DNA of 58,766 nt, the filler included, from Fonticula-like sp. SCN 57-25 (lineage: Eukaryota), in assembly GCA_001724245.1 (NCBI GenBank). It is 2 parts of 2 records of this genome, joined end to end, with 100 filler letters (N's around TTAATTAATTAA, not from the genome) between each part and the next. Parts side by side here need not be neighbours in the genome. Positions count along the whole stretch, not along the records: positions 29,851 to 58,766 come from MEDX01000051.1; 1 more part is not named here. The stretch is one strand, 5' to 3'. Each line of letters starts with the position of its first letter. Position 1 is the stretch's first letter. The notes below the pieces were generated by a model that did no database searches, was not told where the DNA came from, and was given only the letters and a program-made list of their open reading frames with translations. This document shows positions 51,645-58,766 of the stretch, in pieces. Both the position numbers and the translations under genes were made by a program.

Positions 51645-52135
51645 TTTGCACTGTCACGATTTCAGTGGGGAAGCCCATGGGGGAAGCCTTTTCGATCACC
51701 CCGACCGTGAGAAAAATACGTCATCACTTTCGCAGTAAATAGATATTGTACGAAAGCGCACTGCGAACGCACACGTTCGGCTTCCTCGCTGTGCACGTTA
51801 TGTATTTGTCGGCGCACTGCGCAGAGTGAGATGCTCCTTTTATCAGATATATCGGCAGGCCACTCATGACCCGCATGCGACTTGTCTTGAGATCGATCAT
51901 AATTTATCAAAATCTGTAAATACCCGCCCTTTCACGATTGGTTCGCTCGGAATAGAAGCGGGGTGTACATCCTTGCTCGATGCGGCACTCTTCGTGTGAG
52001 ATCAGGGTGGCCTCGATTTGATCCCCCCAGGAAAACGTTATGGAATGTAATTCATTGCGTTGTTTGTTCATTGGAAGCTGCTGGTGGCTGTGTGCTCTGG
52101 AGCGCACTAGCCGACGGTGAACCTCATCGCCAAAG

Positions 52136-53900
52136 ATGGCGCTCACGAACTTGTGGGGCCTGTTCATTGTGTACGGGTTCTACATGGTGTACGGCATTAT
52201 TTGCACCTCTTTGATTGTGGCGCGGCGGAATCGCGAGCCCATGACGTCGCGTGGCTGGCAGGTGCGTGGCGTGACCTTTTTGATGAAAGATGACTAAAGC
52301 GCCACGCGCCTTTTTTAGCTGTCTCTCATTTCGGTGGTGTGGTGTATGGTGGATGCGACGTTTAGCTGTCTTCAGCCGGGCGATTTGCCCATTGCGTGCT
52401 GGGGGACAATCTGGATCGAGAACCTTTACATGCCGCTCGTTCCTCTGGTGCGCGAGATGCAATGGCAACTTTTGATCGGTTTACTCACGATCCTTTAGCC
52501 GCACGTGTTGCGCGCGTTTATGCTCAACAACTTGTACAACTGGAACGCCCGCAAGCTGACGCCCAAGGCGGACGACGCAAAGGTCGTTCCGAGGCTGCGC
52601 CTCTTTTCCGCGGTCAAGACGTACCTCTACATCCTCCTCGCGACTGTTGTGGTGACCGTCATTCTGACGGCATCTGTGCGCCTGACGGAGGACCCGCCGC
52701 TCCCCCTAATGGGAATGGCCCCCGTCTGCAGCGGAAGCATTGCGTTCATCACCATGGCGCAGGCCGTCATCGTCTTTATTCTTTTCCTGGCCTGCGTCGG
52801 CATCCTGTGGAACTCGCGGTACGCCTCCCTCGTTCTTCTGTGTATTTTTCACGCCACTAATTGGGTGACGTCGAATGAAACAGCGATGGTTTCCACTTTA
52901 AGACTGAACTCAAGTGGTTTGCCGCCATCTTCCCCATCTTTTACATCTGGTGGGCGCTGATCAACCTGCTCGACATTGTCTCCCGCGAGGTGCGCTTCCC
53001 GCCGCGCGTCTTTTTCTTTCCGCGCTGACATATAATTCTCCATAGTGGCAAGTTGCGACGCCGCTGTTTGGCGGCGTGATTGTCATGTCGGTGGCCGCCG
53101 TGTACCCCTCGTGGCTGACCTTCCGCCCCGAGTGGGCGATTGCCTCGGCCGACGACGAGGAGCTGGCCGAGCGCCTCCCCACCGAGTACTCGTCCGACGA
53201 CGAGCTGGTGGTCTCGCGCCCGCGCCCTACGCGCCCCAACTTCAAGTCCACCGCCGACCTCTTTTCCGTCATTCTCAACAACGCCGTGCTGCTCGCCGCC
53301 TTCCGCAAGTTTGCGCTCGACCTCTGGTGCGTCGAGAATCTGCTCTTTTTCGAGACCGCCGAGGCGTACGCCAAGATTTCCGACGAGGTGCGCCGCTTTT
53401 AAAATAATTTGAACCATGCACTCATGTTTTATCTGCGCGCAGAACGAGCGGAACACGCAGGCGCGCGTCATCCTGAACCTGTATATCAAGGAAGGCGCCG
53501 TTCGTGAGGTACGAAACCAATTTCTTTGCGTGTTTCCGGTGCTAACGGCCCTTGTTTGCAGATCAACGTCGACGACGGTCCGCGCCAGATGGTCAAGGAC
53601 GAAGTGAACGCTGGCAATATCACTCCGCACACCTTTGAGGGCCTCAAGATGGCCGTCTTCCACCAGATGCGCCTCGACACGTTTGCCAAGTTCCGCTTGA
53701 GCGAGTCGTTCAGGGAGGCGTGGGGCCTCGCCGGCTTTGGTACCGCGCCCGTTTTCCGGCGCGCGCACATGGAAGGCAGGCTGACGGGCAGCTCGCTCGA
53801 GGAGGGCGAGGAGGAGCTGGTCGACATGAGCAAGACCGCGAGGGACCTCCTCAGGGAATCAAAGTCGACCGACGGTCTGTCCTCATCACCGCCCAGCTGA
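52136..53900 (+). CDS. Seven-transmembrane protein fused to an RGS domain (7TM-RGS)
   Basis: Spliced model gives 7 hydrophobic segments, then ILNN....AFRKFA....CVENLLFF, I...YIKEGA.REINV, FHQMRLDTFAKF. Confidence 0.85.
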
Positions 53901-54313
53901 TCGGCCACCGAGCCGAGGTAAGCATGGGCGCCTTTCCTTTTCAAGCCTAAAGATGAATTCTTTATTTTTCAGAGGCCTTTTAGCAACCTTTCTCTTTTCT
54001 ATATCTGCAGATCCAACGTGATTTGGTGTTAGTCTCTTAGCGTGCTAGTACCTTTTTTTCTTTGCGCGGCGCCCGCGCGGTGTTTTACCAGCAATTATTA
54101 GGTGTGGCGGCATGCCCCGCCACCCTCCGTTCCTCCTAGTATCTTGGCCCTTTTTTGCTTGCCCTTTTTTGCGCCTTTGAAAGGTGATTATATAGCGCGT
54201 TTTCCCAGTGCCATTGCTTTTCCTATCCATGTATCATACAGGCACCCCGCCCGTTTGTAACTTTTCTATGGAATTTATACATATATACAGCAACTCTGAC
54301 CCGGCCATTCACA

Positions 54314-55158
54314 TCAATATAACAGGTCCGCGTCGTCGTCGAATAAATCTTGCTCGGCGGCCCGCCTCTTCGCCGCGTACCGGCGAGCGGCGGCCTGGTC
54401 CAAGCAGAGCGTGAGCGGCAGACACGGGTGCTCGATGCACGACAGCGACGTGTCCGACATGTCCTGCGGAATCGTGACCAAATTGAGCGGGTCGCCCACT
54501 TCCGGCAGCGCCAATATACTGGCGTCGCCAGCAGCAGCGGGGCCCCACCTCCCGCTCGGCAAGTGTATGGCAAATGCCGCGCTCCTGCTCGGCCCGCTGC
54601 GAAATTTGATGCAAAGAACGAGCAGAGCGCTATCGTTGCCGAGCGGCCGCACGTCCTCCACGTCATAGTCGCTCACGTGCTGCATGCCCGCCAGCAGACT
54701 TGGCAGCTCGATTGTTGTGACATGGGCGGCGTTGTGGGCGCGGTAGTCGAAGAGCACGAGCTCCTCGCACATCTCGGGGAACACAGCGACGAGCCCCGCG
54801 CGGGAGGCCCACGGGCGACGGAGCAGCGGCAACGAGGGCGGAAAGGAGGAGGAGCTTATTTCGTGGACGACAACGGGCTTTTCCGCCGCCAGCGGGTGGA
54901 AGGGCGACGGGATAAAGGCGACGCTCGCCTTGCAAGCCGCCATGTTGATATGGCATAGTACTGCAGTAACGTGAGCAGGCCGAAAATAAAAGAGATCCGC
55001 GGACCAAAATATAAACTGTCGCGCGTGTGAAGCAGCTGGGTACCCGCGAGGGCTTCCGCAAAGGATGCGGCCGCGTCAAAAGAAATGTCCAAGGGGACGG
55101 GGCGCGCGGGGTGAGCGTCGCCCAAGAGCGGGATCCACCCAAGAGAAAGAGCGGCCAT
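54314..55158 (-). CDS. Hypothetical protein, 2 coding exons
   Basis: ATG 55158; intron ~54961-55004 joins in frame to the 209-aa ORF. Host-like GC3; no recognised motif. Confidence 0.5.
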
Positions 55159-55953
55159 GCGGCCACCGCGCTGATCGCAAGGTTCTAAAGAGACTGGTTC
55201 AGGGTGAGCAGGCGCAAAGAAACCGCGACAGAGAGAAAAATGACAGAGCGAGCGGGTCAAATCGCCGAATGCACACCTAGGTGACGTCCGTCATTCGTGA
55301 ATCCGAGAACGACGCCGCGGAAGGTGCTGGGGCGCACAATGCGATCCAATTGAATTATTCTATTAACTTTACAAGAACTAAAAGCGCTCAGTTACCAGCT
55401 GACACGGCCTTGCGTAGCGCATACTGTGAATCGAGCGAGCGCCTGAGAGATTCCTGCCGGTTCGCGCCAGATTCCCGCTCACGAAGCAGCGCGGTAACAC
55501 TCTTCGTCATCGTCATCCAATAAAGATCTCGACTCGCAACTGAGTGAAACACTACGTCCAGTATCACTCCAACTAGCGGCAGAGTCTCAAGACTCGTACA
55601 GCAGCATGGGCTGCCGCTGGTTGGAGCGATGGCGCAGGGTCGAGCAGCTTTCTGGCAGCTTTCAAATGCGGAGCGCAGTCAGCATATCGAACCTGTTCAC
55701 GTCGGTTCGCGCCAAATCGTCGTCACAGCAACTTAAACCGAAAGCGCACGAATGGTTTGGCTATACAATAATTCATAGCGAATATATGGGGCAATTGGTC
55801 ATTTCGGTGATATGGGTAAATCTGCGACAGTTCTATTCGCAACCAGGAACTACATTGGAAAATCTACGAGGTAGCTAGACGCGGCCAGCACCGCGGTTTA
55901 TGAAAAGAAAAGCGTCAACGGTTCGAGGAAGCTGTCTCACTCACGCCGCCTGC

Positions 55954-57165
55954 TCAAGGGTGATACGCGAGGACGGACGAGAGGCCGTTCTGCATGAAGG
56001 CCGACGCGTAGGCGACGCCGCTCTCGGTGATGGTGATGCCGTTGGGGTAGGCACGGGGCATGGTCTCGGACGTATCCCAGGTGACACCGCCATCGACAGT
56101 GTGGGCGAAGAAGGCCTCGAAGGTGTTCTCGAAGAAGGCGCCGCCGACGGCCCAGCCCTCGAGCTCGCTGCGGAACTCAATGTCCATCAGGCTCTTGCCG
56201 GGGAAAATGGCGTTCTCGGCCCAGGTGCGGCCACCATCGGTCGACTGGAAGATGTAGGCATCAGTGGTGCCCTCAGCGACGGCCCAGCAGGTGTTCTCGA
56301 AGCAGTGAGCACCGTTGAAGTAGAAGCGGTCAAAGTCCTCATAGACGAGCTCCCAGGTCTCACCCTGATCAGGCGAGAAAGCGAGCTTGCCGACGTAGCC
56401 AGCAGAGTCAACGTTGGTGCCGCGGGGCTGCTCAACAAGCTTGAGGGCCTTGCGCTCGATGTCGCCAATCTGGGCGCCAAAGTGCTGCGAGATGGGGACG
56501 TAGCCGTCAACCAGGCGCTGGGTCGAGGACGCGGGCCAGGTGCCGCCGGTGATGATCCAGCCAGACTGGGAGGCGGCGCCATAACGGGGGTAAGTGTCAA
56601 CGTTCCAGTTCGAGTAGCCATAGGTCTGGCCACCATCCTTGGTGTAGAAGATGCCGTCGGTGTACTCGGACTCGTTGAGGCTGGGCATGAACGAGCCGAC
56701 CATGAAGAGAGTCTGGTTGTCGTACGCGACGACGCTCTGGGCAGCGCTGAAGAGGACCTTGTCACCAAAAGCGGTGAGGACATCATCGGGGTTAATGATC
56801 GAGCCGGCGGCGGTCTGGCCCCAGAAGCCGATGGCACCAGCGACGCCAGTGTTGGTGTGCTTGGCGACATCAATGGACATGTACATCTAGAGAAAAGCGT
56901 GAGCTGGAGAATCACAAAAACAAAAATCACATACCACCTGGGCGTCATGGGGAAGGCTTTCGTAGGTAACACCGCCGTCGACGGACTTGAGCACAGTCGC
57001 ACCGCCGCCGTTCTCACCGCCGGAAATGTAGACGGTCGAGGGGTCCGGGCCAGGAGCCGAGACACCCATAAGAACGGTGGCAAGGTTCGAGCCAACAATC
57101 TCCCAGGCAGCCTGGCTGCCGGCCACAAGCGCAAGAAGCGCAATGGCGATACCCGCGCGGGCCAT
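55954..57165 (-). CDS. Secreted BNR/Asp-box beta-propeller protein (Ycf48/sortilin-like fold)
   Basis: Signal peptide MARAGIAIALLALVAGSQA. Asp-boxes SVDGGVTY, TKDGGQTY, SPDQGETW, STDGGRTW, TVDGGVTW. One intron ~56887-56936. Confidence 0.85.
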
Positions 57166-57799
57166 TTCTCTCTACCCAACCGACAAAGAAAAAAGTGTGG
57201 GGCAAAACGCTGGGGTTTGAAGAAAGCCGCCTCGCTCGAAATAAACCGACTAATAAACGAGCAGCCAATCACGAAACTCTCATCATTTTCCGAGGTCAGC
57301 TGAAGCGATGTGGTTGGTTGGATACGTGTACGATTACACTACGTCATCAGTGACGTCACTTATCACAGCGACTGAAGGCGATCGGTTGCATTCGCGTCGC
57401 ACGATACGGCATGTGTACCAAAGAAAATACCATTTCAGCGCAGCCAAATCCTTCTCCTCAGGTAATTGTAACCCAGAGGCCGAAGATCATCTCGAAACGA
57501 CCTTCGAAATCGCCATTCGGCTGCCATCCCGTCTTTCGGTTTTGTCCCTCAAGTACGCCCCAGACGTGATTGGCCCAAACTGGCCAATGGCGCGAGGCCT
57601 ACTTTTCGCCTTTCTCTTTGCCCGCCGTCGGCTGGAATCGGAGGATGCGCAGCTTCGCATCAACGTAAGCGGAGTCATGGAATGGGTCGCTCGACCAAAC
57701 CAGAGGCAGACTTCTGATTCGAATACCAGCTGCTTTCATCTTGTCCTTACGAATCGGGGATCAAACGCGGCGGTTGCCCTTCCATGGCAGGTGCCATCG

Positions 57800-58344
57800 C
57801 GTGGATTCCCATCGGCTAAGGCACAGTCGGGGTCCGTGGGCGAGGCTCCACCAGCGTATTTAGTATGGCGCTAGGCAGTGCCAGCACCGGCGCTGTGGCT
57901 AGCGGTGCGGGCGGGCTCATCGAGATGCATCCGCAACCACAGGCCCTTCTTGCTCTCGTCTTTTTGCTCCGTGGCATCCGCACTGGTGACCGCCCACCAG
58001 TCCTCGAAATCGCGGAGCCACCCTTCGAAGTTCTCTCCGTTGAGGCCTGAAAACTTCCTCAACGGGGGGGCCGGCCGCCCCATGCCCGTGCTTGTCATCG
58101 GGATCTTGAAGATCGCCGGATGCTCTTGCTCCTTAACGGTTTCGGTGGACTCCTCCGAAACGTGGCGAATCCCGTCCGCGTTCTGGGATCTGGTCTGGGG
58201 TCTGGTCTTGATCCTTGGGTACTAATCCTGCACCAATCCTGCAGGCGACGCCAATGTGACACTGGGGAAAAATAACTTATATATTGCTTTATGGCCCATT
58301 TTGTACCTGCTCTTTGAGGCGAATAGAAACGTATCTCTTCTACA
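57800..58344 (-). mobile_element. Decayed Ty3/gypsy-like LTR retrotransposon: LTR end, PBS and disrupted gag
   Basis: Minus strand reads ...GTCACA T TGGCGTCGCCTGCAGGATT (LTR terminal CA, then PBS 58235-58253), followed by gag-like KFSG..GENFEGWLRDFE.W....LRMHLDEPA ending at a stop. Outer limits uncertain. Confidence 0.65.
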
Positions 58345-58766
58345 AGTGCTATGGGAAGCGCCCCGACGAAGGAATGTCAATGATGGGTCAACGTGTCGGC
58401 TGAACGCGGCTAACACAAAACGGCTAAATGGTATTGAAAATATCATAAGAACAATAGAAAGTTGCTATCCGCACAGAACGATTCATCGCGCCGCTGCTCG
58501 CTGTCGCCCAACAACTCAGTACTAAAGCAATGGGTGAACAGCCCGAACGACTATTGGCAGAATAAGGTATCGTATTACAATAGAGAAACCTTTTGGGAAG
58601 AATACAATTCGTTGTACAACGCGCACACCGACGATGCTGAAGAACTGCTTTCGATCAACATCCCCATACGGCGACCAATCAGATTCGAGGCAAGGGTTTC
58701 TAGGGTTTTCCGATCAGATCAGATTCGATAATCCAGTCAAACCTATAAGGTAGTTTCTTGGTGACC

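Noticed and set aside
55900-57303. 467-aa plus-strand ORF
   Set aside because: Antisense shadow of the BNR-repeat gene.
58462-58731. 89-aa AT-rich ORF at the window end
   Set aside because: No ATG start and no recognisable motif; cannot be supported.

Overview
Eukaryotic genomic DNA: gene-dense, GC-rich exons, mostly 45-90 nt spliceosomal introns (donors GTACG/GTGCG/GTATG, branch CTRAC/CTCAC close to the 3' AG). It is two contigs joined by an artificial N44-TTAATTAATTAA-N44 spacer at 29751-29850. About 28 protein genes can be reconstructed: RluA-type pseudouridine synthase, snapin, RPS14, RidA, MRT4, Maf-like bZIP, GT4 glycosyltransferase, cyclin K/T-like, NAD synthetase, METTL16, site-1 protease, TMX thioredoxin, glucosidase II alpha, GAD/CSAD-like decarboxylase, SOSS-B, NDUFB11, WDR5, RPL9, SPO11, OGDH, PHOSPHO-like phosphatase, a BLTP3/chorein-N protein with a DEP domain, MFSD6-like transporter, Gfo/Idh/MocA, 7TM-RGS, an orphan and a secreted BNR-repeat protein. 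A decayed LTR retrotransposon lies near the right end. The gene set suggests a non-dikaryan opisthokont/obazoan microbe (inference). The first ~490 nt are a bacterial-type wecB fragment spliced onto a eukaryotic gene, probably a chimeric join. Three observations stand out. (1) Most long (>200 nt) introns have a G/purine-rich 5' side and a C/pyrimidine-rich 3' side, several with exact complementary blocks, and the skew extends into flanking synonymous codons. (2) Both ribosomal-protein genes carry a long first intron built as GGATG repeats followed by CATCC repeats, plus a promoter TCACGTGA. (3) A ~100-nt intergenic element folds into a closed multibranch structure with an H-type pseudoknot. 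Exon boundaries were read by eye and are approximate; no database searches were run.
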